Source: Trypanosoma brucei
Taxonomy: Eukaryota
Reading direction: 5' to 3'
DNA: 64,000 bases
Assembly: GCA_000002445.1 (NCBI GenBank)
Contig: CP000071.1
Span: 224,001 to 288,000 of the forward strand
The notes under the pieces were generated by a model. It worked only from the letters and a program-made list of their open reading frames with translations. It did not search any database and was not told the DNA's origin. Shown here piece after piece: positions 1-11,362 of this stretch (position 1 is the stretch's first letter; every line of letters begins with the position of its first letter). The position numbers and the translations under genes are program-made.

Positions 1-3000
1 TGTTGTTGCCACCTGAAAAGGGAAACCAGAGTTTAATACCGTCGGGGGGTAGCATACCTGCAACCTGACGATACAATTGAGCTGACGAAGAAAGTCCAAA
101 ACAACACTCTGCGCCGAATTGTTAGAAGGAATGTATTTACTTTGATACAGAGAGAGACGCAAAAGATACCTTAGTGAAGTCGCAGCGTAGTGACGAATCT
201 CGTTTGAATCACTAAACAGAAATATTTTTTTCCGGTCCAAAATGCACCGACACAACTTAGGCAGCAGCACGATGTTAACATCAGCGGCAAACACGTCCAG
301 CAGCTTCGTGATGACGTGAAGCGCCCGTAATATGCCTCTTTTCACGCCAGTAAATGCCACTTTGATGTTTGCCTCTACGCTATCTGAATCACGTACCCCC
401 GAGGTCACATTCACGGGGGAGCCGGAACCATCATCCAGTGGTGTCAGCATGTCAAAGAAGGGTTCGTACATTGACCAAACATCATGGGTTTTCACCTTAC
501 CGTACAGTGCACCAAGACCTGAAATGAAACTCATGAGCACCGTATGTGACAAGAGGATGTTACTGCATGCTTGTAGCAGCATACTGACATAGCAATCGAG
601 CGCCTCCCGACGAAGTTTAGGGTTTCTTTTGGAGAGACAAATTGCAGCAACGATTACGTCAACAAGGCACGGAAGCTCCTGAGGGTATTCTTTGCTTCTG
701 TTACTCTCGCTTTGCACAAGCTTCATGTAGTCACTAAACCAAAGGTACGCAACCTGTATGTACCTTTTCACAGTCTCTTCAACTCCTGCGGCTTCACCTA
801 AAGACCTCCACATAGACGCCAGTCCCACTGAAAACGAGGTTTGATCACGATTTGCTAGCAGCACGTTCCACACCCAAGTCCCTCGGATTCTCTTCTCGAT
901 GGCAGCCTCGTTGACTAAGACTTTTCCCACCGAATCGTCGGTGTCTGATGCCTGTTCCTGAGCACCTTTCGACGTGTTTTCGTTATCGTCCAAAATTCCC
1001 GCCAACTTAGAAATCAAATTTTTCAGCCCCTGCCGCACCATCCTTCTCTCCGCCAAATCCTTCTCTTCATGACAGGTGGTAAAAGATTGCATGCGCAACC
1101 TTAACCCAGGCACCTCATTGTCAGGTACAGTAAATACTTCGCCATCGCCAGATATATCTGGGGGAGCGCACGTCCTGTCCACCCGAATGGACTTAGGGGG
1201 GAATACCAACCCCATTTTTCCATGGAGGCTAAAGGAAGTGTGGTTTTCCTGTAAAAATCTGTACCTGTTGCTAAAAAAAGAGGTGGTATCTTCACCTTCC
1301 ATGCTTCCCTTCCGCATCAAAATGTTCACTTTGGGTGTCTTCTCTTTTAACGAATATAGCACCACCCGCAGTACAGAGAACGCCGAGCGACGCGTCTCGG
1401 CACAGATGTCCACTGTAAGTTTGAACAGCGCTGCAATGGAAGCTGGTGAAAGAAGCTCGTAATGTAGTTGGATGTGGTTACAAGAGAGGGTACGCAGCAT
1501 CTGAACAGCAAACGTCGGTGCCGTATGTGAGCACTTCATTGCAAGCGGCAACAGCTCATCTGTAAGACACGCTATCGCCATGGGTTCAATAAGGAATGGA
1601 GTGCACACCTCCGCAGCACGGTCCCCATATAAGGAGCATGCGCTGCCTGTTCGGCGAAGCTGGTCTGGTATTTTTAATCCCACTTCAAACATACGCCGAA
1701 TAAAAGATGCGTCACGCTGATATACGTCCAAGGAAAAACCTATTACTGTTTGCATAATTGCACCACTCAGCGCCTTTCGCAACTGCACAAGAGAACCTTT
1801 CTCGCCTACACCGCTCGTTGCGATATCGTCAGATGCGTTGGCAAGCGCGGAGCCTTTACCGTGGTCATCACTCTTACTCTGACTTGTTTCGGCACCAGTA
1901 CACCCCTCAACAAAAAAAACGTCACATATTTTTGCTGCATCACTGCCACGGTCACCCTCCACGCAGGAATCATTGCCCTCACTGCTACAATTCTCAATTT
2001 GTAAAATTTCCTCCCCTGGTCCAGTGTGTCCTTCCTTATCACATATGCTGTTCTTCTCTCCACTACAAACATCGCCTTCCTGTCTGACGAAATCGATTAT
2101 ACCCTCCAAAACATCGAAATGGCGCAGGAGAAACTGGCGACAACCATCGAAACCGAGGTATGGCAGATATGTTCTTAGAATGCAAGAGCAATGTTTTCGG
2201 ACATCTGGGTACGGTGAAAACAGCAATGAGTACGCGATAGAGAGGGTGTCACCAAGGTACTGAGGATAAACAACCATTGGATTCTGTTGGCGGCGGCAGT
2301 GGAGGAGATATTCTGATCGCAGTCGCCAGAAAAGGGCTGGAAAATAGAAGCGGTGCCTCTCCGACTCCACTATAATTGCGGAGAAGTGCTTGAATTCCAC
2401 GTCAAAAGGGATGGTGTAATCATTGGGAATGTTTGTTCGGGTGTCTAATCCCATTTCCCGAAAAAAGAGTGTAAGAACGTAGCAAAGCGTATCGACGTCA
2501 ACCCCTTTTGTGTGGGCAACATCCAGCGGCAATTTACCACGTACCAACAAACTTTGATCGCGTCGCAACACGGTAGCAATAACAGCTTCATCAGCCACGC
2601 CACCTGTCACACGTCTCAACACATAATCCAAAAGTAGACTGTGAATGCTCTCCGTTAACCTTGTAGACTTCTCTAGAAGCGATGGGGAAACCTCGTGTAG
2701 GGGCCATGGAGTTTTAGGGTCCTTATAGTGCCATGGCGTCATGTTGGTCTCACCGTCCGTGGCACACTGAACTCGCAGCTCACAGTTAACGGCCCAAACG
2801 GTATCCAACCAGCACACTGCACCGCAAAGCACGTTATGAGGCGTGACGACGTCGTGGCTGCCCTCAGCGTCAGGAGCCGACGGTGCCTGATGTGATACCA
2901 ACTGACGCACTGAATCGTCTACACACCCACCATTTTCCCTCAGACCTTCGTTCACACTATCGTGATGTGAACTAGGGGACAAATGAGGCGGAAGGAATGC

Positions 3001-5637
3001 ACGCAGGCCCCGTGCAGCCTCCTTACGACTGGGGACCCTAATGTGCTCGATATTTTGAATAATGTCTGTGAGATCCGTCAGAAACAACTGATAAACCTCA
3101 TGGAGGAACGAAACATGTTCCTCCGATGGTTCCTGCCACACAGGTTCCACATCAAAGTAACGATACAGTCCCATGCTAGATTTATCTTGTTTCTGTTCCG
3201 AGTCGCCCTCAGCGGCACATGACTCTTCCTCCATCATGTGATCGCCCCGTACCAGTGACGAATCCACAGCTCGGACACCGACACACCTGGTTTCAGAAAA
3301 GGCGAAGAAAACAGCCGTGTAAAGTAGGGCAGCGCAGCAGCGCCGCTTTCGATTAGTTATCGAGAAAAGTTGCGCTTGAATGCAGTCCAGCAACTCGTAA
3401 CGATAAGGAAAGCAGGCTAATCCAGCACCGCAAACGCAGCTGGACAATAAAGACGAACACCACAATACCTCCTCGTCGTTGCACGTATTCACATCACTGC
3501 GCAGCGGCGGCAACAACCGTGCAATCGCCCACTTCATCACGCGTTCAGGAGAACGCCGAGCAAGGGGTTCCAGCAGGCAACCTACAGAGGGTACCTGCGA
3601 GTTTTTCACCTGCGTTTCCGCCTCTTTAAGAGCCTTCTTCAAGCAATCACTGTAAGCTTCGTCACTGACATTGTGCGAAAGAGAATCTATAATACTCGCC
3701 AGAACATCCGCGTCACTGTCTTCAGTATCTCCCCGCTTAGCACTATGAAACAGTTGTTCCACAACGCTGACAGCAAACTCACACTCAGCAACTTCACTGC
3801 CCAATAATTCGTCTAGATTTAAAACAGTAAAGACGGCAAACAAGAACTCTCGCACACTATTAGAAAGTTGAATACTACTGCAATTTATCCACTGCGGTAC
3901 TAGTGGAAGTATCTCACTGAGGAACGTCCGACAACTCTCCCGGGTCTCACTGCATTCACTAAATGGCAAAAGGGTCTTCGTAAATAACTTGAGGGCCACA
4001 GAGCACTGTAGGGGTGACTCCAAGCATCCACGAATTCCAGCTTCAACGTACTTGAAGGCAGGTGGTTGCATAATTTTGGGTGAAAGAAGCGTAAGTAACC
4101 CCACTGCATTTATAATAGAGTGGTGGCCGTGGTATAACGCGGGGATAATCGCGGGGGCCACAATCTCGACAAGGGAATCGACGGTCTCCCGCTTCCAACG
4201 ATATCCATTAATGACAAAACCATTTCCTGGATCTTTCTCACCCGTTAGCAACCAACTGTGCTTGTGCTTCACCCGCAAGTAAGCGGTTTCCAGGAAGGTG
4301 TTGTAAAACGACAACAAGTGCCCCAGTGCTCTACTATCAACGGCACAAGGTGTAAGAAAAACACTGGTTGAAGACACAAACCGACGCAGCTGATTCCATA
4401 GTGGTGAGGTGGTACAGCAAGGTAGTGCCTCACTAATGCGCCCGACAATCTTCATAAACCGACCTTGACTAACTTCCAGCACTTTGCGGCCGCCAAAAGA
4501 CCATGCAGATGAAACGAGGCGCTCCGGCTTATCATTGCTACTAATGGGCGGTCTCATTACGCTCAATATCATACTGAACAATGTTTCCGCGTATTCATCA
4601 AGGTCCATGATTCCAGCACGCTCTCGACAGATCTTAAACACAATGTCCAGCGAAACCATGAGCCAACTCCCTGACCTCTGCTGCCAATAACGTGCATCCA
4701 CAAGCAAGAAACGCACAATACGCTCCGTCATAGGCAGCGCTCTTCCCGTTACACGATCATAAGTAGCATGAATTGGTAGAAGAATATATAAAAACCACAG
4801 CGCCTGCACCGCCTGCTCACTGTCTTGGGAGAAATAAGGCGCACAAATCTCCCACAACCCATTTAGGGATTCGCCATCAAAGTGCAATGAGGCACACCAG
4901 CACAAATTTGCTAGTATTTCAGCAACTTCTGCTTTTACATGGGTGTAGAACCGAATACGAGACAACCGTGATGATTCGAAAACAAGTGAGTGAACGATAT
5001 CCACGAGCGGTTTCCACGGAAGGGAAAACCCGGGGTGCTTCAATGCATATTTGCGTCGCCCACGAACAACTGAGCAAAAGCAACTCACAACAGAACTCCA
5101 CGCGCTCACGTTACGAATCATGAAGTCCCAGTTCACAATCCACGTATAGAGAAAGATTACGACGTTGCGTTGCACGTCGCGAGGGAGGTTGTACGAGAAA
5201 TTTTTATTTGTAAATGTCCTCCTAAAGTATGTGCAACGACACACTAATTCGTCTTCGGCATCGGACCAGTCACTGTACTCGTTCCGTGGGGAGCTGCATA
5301 TAGGCACGAGTGGAACAGGAGTTCCCGTGCCATCAGCGACGCCAAAGCGTGAGCAGGATGATCCCTTCTCTCCGTGTTCACCCCGCTGCTCGTCCACGTT
5401 GTTAGAATTAATTCTACCCGCAACCTCCTCTGGAGTTCCGAATGCCAGCAGTAATAGCATGCCCTTTTCTATAGCCATGCGGTCCTCACGCTCAATCGCC
5501 TCTCGTAGGCGGGGATGCGTGCAACGGTCTAAATACGGCAACAGCCACTGCTCTTGTAGGTTTCTCTTCTTTGAAACATCTGTCGCGTCACCCACGGCCA
5601 ATGAAACCTCCGCGGAGGATCTCTCATCGCTTTGCAT
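1..5637 (-). CDS. Large hypothetical protein, at least 1879 aa in window. It is partial: the C-terminus and stop codon lie beyond the left edge. The ORF is absent from the supplied track because no stop closes it inside the window.
   Basis: I translated the minus strand by hand in one frame (codon first base at coordinate = 0 mod 3) at 1260-1760, 3000-3060, 4440-4500 and 5580-5640 and found no stops. The first in-frame ATG is at 5635-5637 (N-terminus MQSDERSSAEVSLAVGDAT...). An upstream in-frame stop lies at about 5872-5874. Plus-strand ORFs across this span are all short. Trypanosomatid genes lack introns, so I assume one continuous frame; I did not translate every base. Confidence 0.55.
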   Translation of the reverse strand, partial: MQSDERSSAEVSLAVGDATDVSKKRNLQEQWLLPYLDRCTHPRLREAIEREDRMAIEKGMLLLLAFGTPEEVAGRINSNNVDEQRGEHGEKGSSCSRFGVADGTGTPVPLVPICSSPRNEYSDWSDAEDELVCRCTYFRRTFTNKNFSYNLPRDVQRNVVIFLYTWIVNWDFMIRNVSAWSSVVSCFCSVVRGRRKYALKHPGFSLPWKPLVDIVHSLVFESSRLSRIRFYTHVKAEVAEILANLCWCASLHFDGESLNGLWEICAPYFSQDSEQAVQALWFLYILLPIHATYDRVTGRALPMTERIVRFLLVDARYWQQRSGSWLMVSLDIVFKICRERAGIMDLDEYAETLFSMILSVMRPPISSNDKPERLVSSAWSFGGRKVLEVSQGRFMKIVGRISEALPCCTTSPLWNQLRRFVSSTSVFLTPCAVDSRALGHLLSFYNTFLETAYLRVKHKHSWLLTGEKDPGNGFVINGYRWKRETVDSLVEIVAPAIIPALYHGHHSIINAVGLLTLLSPKIMQPPAFKYVEAGIRGCLESPLQCSVALKLFTKTLLPFSECSETRESCRTFLSEILPLVPQWINCSSIQLSNSVREFLFAVFTVLNLDELLGSEVAECEFAVSVVEQLFHSAKRGDTEDSDADVLASIIDSLSHNVSDEAYSDCLKKALKEAETQVKNSQVPSVGCLLEPLARRSPERVMKWAIARLLPPLRSDVNTCNDEEVLWCSSLLSSCVCGAGLACFPYRYELLDCIQAQLFSITNRKRRCCAALLYTAVFFAFSETRCVGVRAVDSSLVRGDHMMEEESCAAEGDSEQKQDKSSMGLYRYFDVEPVWQEPSEEHVSFLHEVYQLFLTDLTDIIQNIEHIRVPSRKEAARGLRAFLPPHLSPSSHHDSVNEGLRENGGCVDDSVRQLVSHQAPSAPDAEGSHDVVTPHNVLCGAVCWLDTVWAVNCELRVQCATDGETNMTPWHYKDPKTPWPLHEVSPSLLEKSTRLTESIHSLLLDYVLRRVTGGVADEAVIATVLRRDQSLLVRGKLPLDVAHTKGVDVDTLCYVLTLFFREMGLDTRTNIPNDYTIPFDVEFKHFSAIIVESERHRFYFPALFWRLRSEYLLHCRRQQNPMVVYPQYLGDTLSIAYSLLFSPYPDVRKHCSCILRTYLPYLGFDGCRQFLLRHFDVLEGIIDFVRQEGDVCSGEKNSICDKEGHTGPGEEILQIENCSSEGNDSCVEGDRGSDAAKICDVFFVEGCTGAETSQSKSDDHGKGSALANASDDIATSGVGEKGSLVQLRKALSGAIMQTVIGFSLDVYQRDASFIRRMFEVGLKIPDQLRRTGSACSLYGDRAAEVCTPFLIEPMAIACLTDELLPLAMKCSHTAPTFAVQMLRTLSCNHIQLHYELLSPASIAALFKLTVDICAETRRSAFSVLRVVLYSLKEKTPKVNILMRKGSMEGEDTTSFFSNRYRFLQENHTSFSLHGKMGLVFPPKSIRVDRTCAPPDISGDGEVFTVPDNEVPGLRLRMQSFTTCHEEKDLAERRMVRQGLKNLISKLAGILDDNENTSKGAQEQASDTDDSVGKVLVNEAAIEKRIRGTWVWNVLLANRDQTSFSVGLASMWRSLGEAAGVEETVKRYIQVAYLWFSDYMKLVQSESNRSKEYPQELPCLVDVIVAAICLSKRNPKLRREALDCYVSMLLQACSNILLSHTVLMSFISGLGALYGKVKTHDVWSMYEPFFDMLTPLDDGSGSPVNVTSGVRDSDSVEANIKVAFTGVKRGILRALHVITKLLDVFAADVNIVLLPKLCRCILDRKKIFLFSDSNEIRHYAATSLRYLLRLSLYQSKYIPSNNSAQSVVLDFLRQLNCIVRLQVCYPPTVLNSGFPFQVATT

Positions 5638-7907
5638 CAACAAAAGGCAGCCAAAATTTCCACGCACAATCGATAAATAATACCACACAAACAAACAAAG
5701 ATTTGTCCCAAGTGCTAAAAACCTTGCGTCTACCTCTGCAGAAGAGTGACGCGAAGCGTGCCTAGGAGTTTTTTTTTTTTTTAAAGGGCGGTTTCCAGTA
5801 AATTTCTGCCAATACTTGTTTTCCACCTTTGATTTGTTACTAATTATCTTCTTTCCGGTTACCTCCCCTTCTTAGTCTACTACACACCTAACGATGGTGG
5901 TTTTATAGCTTTTTGATGATTGGATGAATTTCCCTTTGATTCTTTTCACTAACTAACAAATGTGCGTGTTGCAACTACCCTTTTTTGCCTTCTTGTCCTT
6001 CCCTTTGCTATTTTCTCTTTCGTATGGGCTAACTACTTTCACTGTTCGGTGTTTCTTTACTTTCCTCTCTACTTCTTTCCCTATCCTTCTTTTATTTCTT
6101 ATAGATGCTTCTTTTTTTTTTTAAGCTTTCTCTCCTTCTTATCACTGTTGTCGTTATTGTACTACTGTGATTCTTGCAATTACGATAGAAAATCTCTGCA
6201 GTTCTTATTTCCTTTTTTTTTCCCCCTCTCTTTGTGCACCTCACCCGTGCGAGTGTTAATTACTGTACGAATTTACGAGCAACTCCCCCTTCTCGTCACT
6301 GTCGCGATATAAGGACTTGAGTATAAATAATCAGCAGTAACAAAACAAAATTTGGTAAATAGAATACCTCGGGAGGTTAACTTCGGAAGTTTTCTTAAAA
6401 AAAAAAAGAACGGCAAATTACTGATGCTACAGAATGTTTTTCGTTTTATGTGCGCCTCTCAGTGCAGTTTTTGATTCGTATGTTAATTAATCTTCTTTAT
6501 TCCCTCTTCTGTTTTTCGTCAAATTAATGGAAATATGTATAAATGTGTTTGGTTTCACACCTTGTTGTATATCCGTACCTGTGCTTGGATGGAAGCAGAA
6601 AGGTTAAATCAAATTTACGAAAATAAACGTTGTCACTCCTTTTTTTCCTTCACCGTTTTGATTCCCTCCTCCTTTACAAAACACTGTTATATGAAGTTAT
6701 TAGAGTCTTATTCAGCTCTTTTCTTTGTAAGTTATTGTATTTTTTGCTCGGTTTTCTTTTTCTTCGTTCAGCTCAGAACTTTTGCTGTTTTCTTTTTTTT
6801 TGTGTGTGTGTGTGTTTCGGGTGGACAAACTGTTTCTCTTTTCCTGCTTTCCTTTTTTTTTTAACCGTAAACGTCCTCAAGCATAACACAGAGCGAGCTT
6901 CTTTACACTCCTGTACTTTCCTCACCTTCTTTTTTTTTCAACTAAGTTTCTTTGATGATCTTTGCCTTCCTTGCCGTTGTTGGTTTTGTTTCCCTTGTTA
7001 GTTCTTTTATATCCATTGAAGTGCCACAATAGTGGGCGGTAAGGTGAAAAATAATAAAAAAAAGAAGACGGAAGAAGAGTAGGCAAATGAATGACGAAGC
7101 AAATAAGCAACAAGGGATTAATTAGAGTCAGCAGGGAAAGGAGGATAAAAGAAGTGGGGAAAATAAGCGGCAGAAGCCCCACAGTGAAACAAAAATACAT
7201 ATGAAGGAAGTGTAGGGAGAAAGGGAGTTAAAAGAGGAGCGGGAGATTTAGCAAAGCGGAAAGTTATGCGATGACGGAACGCAACTCCACTTCCCTGGGG
7301 TTGCCGCACCATTAAATTCATGTAAGCGCTAAATTGGCCCGGGGAGTGACGCCACGTAGCAGTAAAAATACGAAACAGATATAAGAAAAAACTGAGAGAA
7401 ATGACGGCAAACAAAAGAGCCGTTCAGGTTTCCTTTTCCTTATATGTTCCTCGTCGGTCCCTACCTTACATAATGAGTGTGCTACTTTCCACCTTACGTA
7501 CATACACCAGCAACCACAAACATATGCATACCATATATGTGTATAAATAAACATATGCATGATCTTTCTTTTAGTCCCCTCCCCTTCTTCCGCTATCTAA
7601 GAAGACTGCAACACGCAACATGTGCAAGGAAACGGAAAGGTGGGGACGGGAAACCGGAAGAAAAAGAGACGCGGATTCGGGGCCTCACCATATGTAAACC
7701 ATCTAATTACGCAATTGGGCGTCGCAGCCCATAGCGAACCGACCCCTCCGCCACAACATCCATTCTGTACACATAAAAACATCCACCGCGGTCAACCAAG
7801 GACATAATTCTTATCCATGAAGAAAGAAAACATGCGAACACACACACACACATGCAAAACACAACAGAACACACGAGATTACCAGCCCTCTCTATTCAGC
7901 CACTCCA

Positions 7908-8909
7908 TTACGGAAGGAGAAAGCAAACCTCAAAGTCCCGCTCCCCACTGCCGCAGTATACCTGTCCACAGTCTTTAGAACCTGGGCGATACCAAAAGAG
8001 TGAGCCAGGGTACAATAAATTCTCCACAGTCACAATGCTGGCGGTAGGCTCGTACTTAACGACCCACACACCCCGCGGTTCATCATCTGTGATGGGCGAG
8101 AGGCGGTCCGTCACGCTACTGTATGTTGGGCCATACAAGATGCGATTACGCTCCGGGTTGCCGGCATGGAAGACGCGTAAATAGCACGATGGTTTCATTG
8201 CATGACGCGTCGGTTGTCCAGCGAAGAGGGTGTTCTTTTCAACATCGCCCGCAGGTGTAAAGACGTACTGGCCACGTACAATTAGGGAGCACGCTCTATC
8301 GTGTAGTCCGATGAAATGCGCTAAACGAATGGTCTCGGGCACCGCCACAATCATAAATTTTGGTCGCTTCTTTCTTGGTGGTTCCTCTTCAACCTCCTCC
8401 TCCTCCTCCTCCAATTCTCCCTCGTCCTGTTCCTCTTCTTCTTCCTCCTCTTCCTCCTCCATATCTTCTTCATTTTCCTCGCCTTCCCCACCATACTTCT
8501 CTTTTGCATCCTTCAGTAAATCCTCCGCATCAGGTACTTTTACCTCTGGTTCAGGTTCGGGAGGAATGTCACGACGCACCTTGTAGAGGAACGAAGGATC
8601 GCCAATGTAAACCCCGCGAAGTTGATCGCAAAAAGCCACCTGGTCCTCCGAGAGGGTCTCTAACACCCGCCACGACGTTCCGCCATCAACGCTGAAGAAA
8701 GAGTGACGAGCGCCAAACAAACCATTTGGCATCACTTGCGCAACAAGGTAATCCCCTCGCACACCGGTAACCTTTCCCCAGAACTGCACAGGGAGGTTAT
8801 ATTTGAGAGCAAGGAGCGGTAGAGAAGACTGTAGAGCCGCGCGCTCCGCCGTGCTTAATGCCTTGCCCACATATGGAAGGCCAAATATACAATCGGAAAC
8901 AGATGACAT
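7908..8909 (-). CDS. RSP9: Radial spoke head protein 9 (RSP9/RSPH9) homologue, a flagellar axoneme component, carrying an internal poly-Glu acidic insertion.
   Basis: Track ORF 7908..8975 trimmed to the first ATG, M23 (cat at 8907-8909; MSSVSDCIFGL...). It resembles RSPH9 as I recall it across the whole length: the N-terminal LSxAERAALQSSL...FWGKVTGVxGDYLVAQ block, GDPSFLYK, ETIRLAHFIGLHDRACSLIVRGQYVFTP, and the C-terminal LLYPGSLFWYRPGSKDCGQVYCGSGE block. An E-rich block of about 45 aa separates the two halves. Confidence 0.65.
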   Translation of the reverse strand: MSSVSDCIFGLPYVGKALSTAERAALQSSLPLLALKYNLPVQFWGKVTGVRGDYLVAQVMPNGLFGARHSFFSVDGGTSWRVLETLSEDQVAFCDQLRGVYIGDPSFLYKVRRDIPPEPEPEVKVPDAEDLLKDAKEKYGGEGEENEEDMEEEEEEEEEEQDEGELEEEEEEVEEEPPRKKRPKFMIVAVPETIRLAHFIGLHDRACSLIVRGQYVFTPAGDVEKNTLFAGQPTRHAMKPSCYLRVFHAGNPERNRILYGPTYSSVTDRLSPITDDEPRGVWVVKYEPTASIVTVENLLYPGSLFWYRPGSKDCGQVYCGSGERDFEVCFLLP

Positions 8910-9700
8910 GCGCTGAGAGGTGATTGCCGACTGCACAAAAGGGATGAGTGAATAGTCAGAACTAAAATAAACCAAGAGACACCTTTGATGCTGGCAATGA
9001 GAAAACCTTCTACAATTTTTTTTTCTTTTCCTTACAATCTAACCTTCCCCTCACACTTTTATTTCAGTTTACTCTTTCAGAGTTATCTGCGCCTCTGCTC
9101 TATTCTCCACCTGACCGACTTGATATAGAAAGATACTGGTGGTGCACAACCTCAAAGGGTAAGGTGGAGCAAAGCTGAATCCAATTTATATTGGCATACC
9201 CACATGCAACAGTTTCAAACAAATCATCCGAGCAGTACAAACTTATGCTCTAGTGGGAAACTTCCCCAGCATATCGACAATTTAAAAAGATTGCAATGAA
9301 ATACAGGTTCATTAGGAAATGTGAAAGGAACTTCCAGGAGAGAAAGAAAAAAGGGTGCAGAAAGTATGTTAAGTCTTCATCCCTTATCTTCTGTGCAAGA
9401 TACAAAAATACCATTGGATGCCTACTCCCCAATCTTAAACTACAAGGTTATTTCTTCTTCAATAGACAAAAGCAAATAAGTTAATATATACCTACCCCGC
9501 ACGTCGAGAATTTCACAAACCTCAACACATATACACAAATATACACATATACATACATACATATATATACACGACACGTGTGTACAAACATATCTGTACA
9601 CTAATGAACGCGATATAGCAGAGAGGACCTTGGTCAACGTAAGCCCTACTAACTCCTTTTATACACAGACAGACGTAAACATATATTTATTTATTTAAAT

Positions 9701-11362
9701 CTATTCACTCGTCGACCGCCAACCAAAATGCCTTAACCCCGTTTCTCTAAATTCTTCCCGTACGAGAGGTGCCATGCGAATATCCTTGTCTGTTTGGTAC
9801 ACAATCCTGTTTGCTATCTTTGCCCCTGCATTGATTACCTCTTGTTGTACCGCGGCAGCTTGCGATAGGCATGTGCGACCGGTTTCCTCTGCACGCTTAG
9901 CGGCCTCCAAACTCCATGTAAAAAGGTATGCTCCACTGCAGGCAGTGATACAAACCTCTCCGTTTCCCTCATAGCGATCAAATCCGCCAGAAGTGAACTT
10001 TAGTGCTTCGATTCCACCCAGTGCACTAAGTTGTGCGGGAGTTGGCTGCAGCCTCAGCGGGGAAGGTTTATCTTGACCCATACGTGAAGTAAAGCCGTTC
10101 TTTTCTCCATTATTCCCGCACGCCGTTCGCATGAGTAACAGGAACTTCTCACATACCGCCACAACATACTGACCATTAGCGGTCACATCTATATCGACAA
10201 TAGGCACTTTCGTCTCGAGTAGAGTTTTTGCCGTCTTGGGATTGTGGCTACCATCTTTGCGGCGACTCCCCGGAGGTCCCGTGTAAAGTCGGACACTTCC
10301 AGTGCCGTCACCAATAACGAGATAACCGTTAGCCGAGGTAGCGTGGCATGTGAAGGGTTTCCGTAGAGACCCCAGTTTATAATCAGCCAGTGACATTCCG
10401 TCTTCAACAATGATGTTCTTCCTTGGATCAATACGAAGATCAACGTTGAAGGCGACATCCTTCGCAAGACAAGTATATATCGGCTCGGGCCGCGCAACAT
10501 GTTCGCTATACGTCACACGTTGCAAGTTCACCGGAGTTCTGAACTGCTGAACCACCTCCCCCCGCTCCAAATCCACCTCGCGCAAATGGCTGTCCTCCAC
10601 GCTAAAAAGGAGGAGCTTCCTTTCTAAATCGTCAATCAGTGCACCGTCGCAGGTTTGGACACTCTTAAGGTCGATGGTCTCCGGCTTCCTCCCCTCAAAG
10701 CCATTGGCGTCATAAGAATGGGCTTGAAGCTGAACTTCATTTTGGGTCTCTCGAACAACCACAATCCGATTGTGTTTCATGGACTCACTGTAGCACACGT
10801 TACCAGATCCTGTTGCCTTCACGCGCTCTCTATCCAGATCAAGATGATAAGTCGGTTCACTGTAATCATCCTCTGGAGCAACATACGTTGAGGTTTGGCC
10901 GATATATTCATATATTGGGTCCTGGGCTGTAGATACATCGAGGGGTGTTTGCGTCAGCATCGAGTACGTGCAACGATTATACATTTCCACGAATTTTCTA
11001 GTTACAATTTCCCCGGACCCACCGCTTTCAAGATCAACAAACTTGAATGCAAGGTTTTGAAAGGTGCCGTCCACTAAAGATAGCCAGTGCACCGAGCACT
11101 CGCGATAGCAGTGTGCGAGCGACAAACCACTTCCGAGGGACTGCTTCAACACCTCGCCCTCCTCTTCGTCCACAAGTACAAAACTGTATGGCAATTGTTC
11201 ACTTCTATTTTCATAGAGAATTAAAGAGAACGATCCCATTCGTTTTCCTTCAATAATGGGCACGAAGCAGTCATCGCTTTTAACGTACAACAGACCGCTG
11301 CCAGAGAAGAGCTCTCTCCTCGTGGAGCGATTATTTGAAGAAAATAACTTGTGGAATGACAT
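9701..11362 (-). CDS. VID27-like protein (vacuolar import and degradation 27 family; N-terminal PH-like region plus C-terminal WD40-like region).
   Basis: 553-aa ORF starting at an ATG (cat at 11360-11362). The N-terminus (LFSGSGLLYVKSDDCFVPIIEGKRMGSFSLILYENRSEQLPYSFVLVDEEEGEVL) and the C-terminal blocks (GYLVIGDGTGSVRLY, IDVTANGQYVVAVCEKFLLLM, ACSGAYLFTWSLE) look like the VID27 family to me. This is recall by eye, not a search. Confidence 0.5.
   Translation of the reverse strand: MSFHKLFSSNNRSTRRELFSGSGLLYVKSDDCFVPIIEGKRMGSFSLILYENRSEQLPYSFVLVDEEEGEVLKQSLGSGLSLAHCYRECSVHWLSLVDGTFQNLAFKFVDLESGGSGEIVTRKFVEMYNRCTYSMLTQTPLDVSTAQDPIYEYIGQTSTYVAPEDDYSEPTYHLDLDRERVKATGSGNVCYSESMKHNRIVVVRETQNEVQLQAHSYDANGFEGRKPETIDLKSVQTCDGALIDDLERKLLLFSVEDSHLREVDLERGEVVQQFRTPVNLQRVTYSEHVARPEPIYTCLAKDVAFNVDLRIDPRKNIIVEDGMSLADYKLGSLRKPFTCHATSANGYLVIGDGTGSVRLYTGPPGSRRKDGSHNPKTAKTLLETKVPIVDIDVTANGQYVVAVCEKFLLLMRTACGNNGEKNGFTSRMGQDKPSPLRLQPTPAQLSALGGIEALKFTSGGFDRYEGNGEVCITACSGAYLFTWSLEAAKRAEETGRTCLSQAAAVQQEVINAGAKIANRIVYQTDKDIRMAPLVREEFRETGLRHFGWRSTSE

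Noticed and set aside
332-5680. Plus-strand ORFs at the left end (332..592, 1076..1462, 1758..2087, 4773..5123, 5165..5680 and others).
   Set aside because: They lie antisense to, and entirely within, the long continuous minus-strand reading frame, and they are short. They are shadow ORFs.
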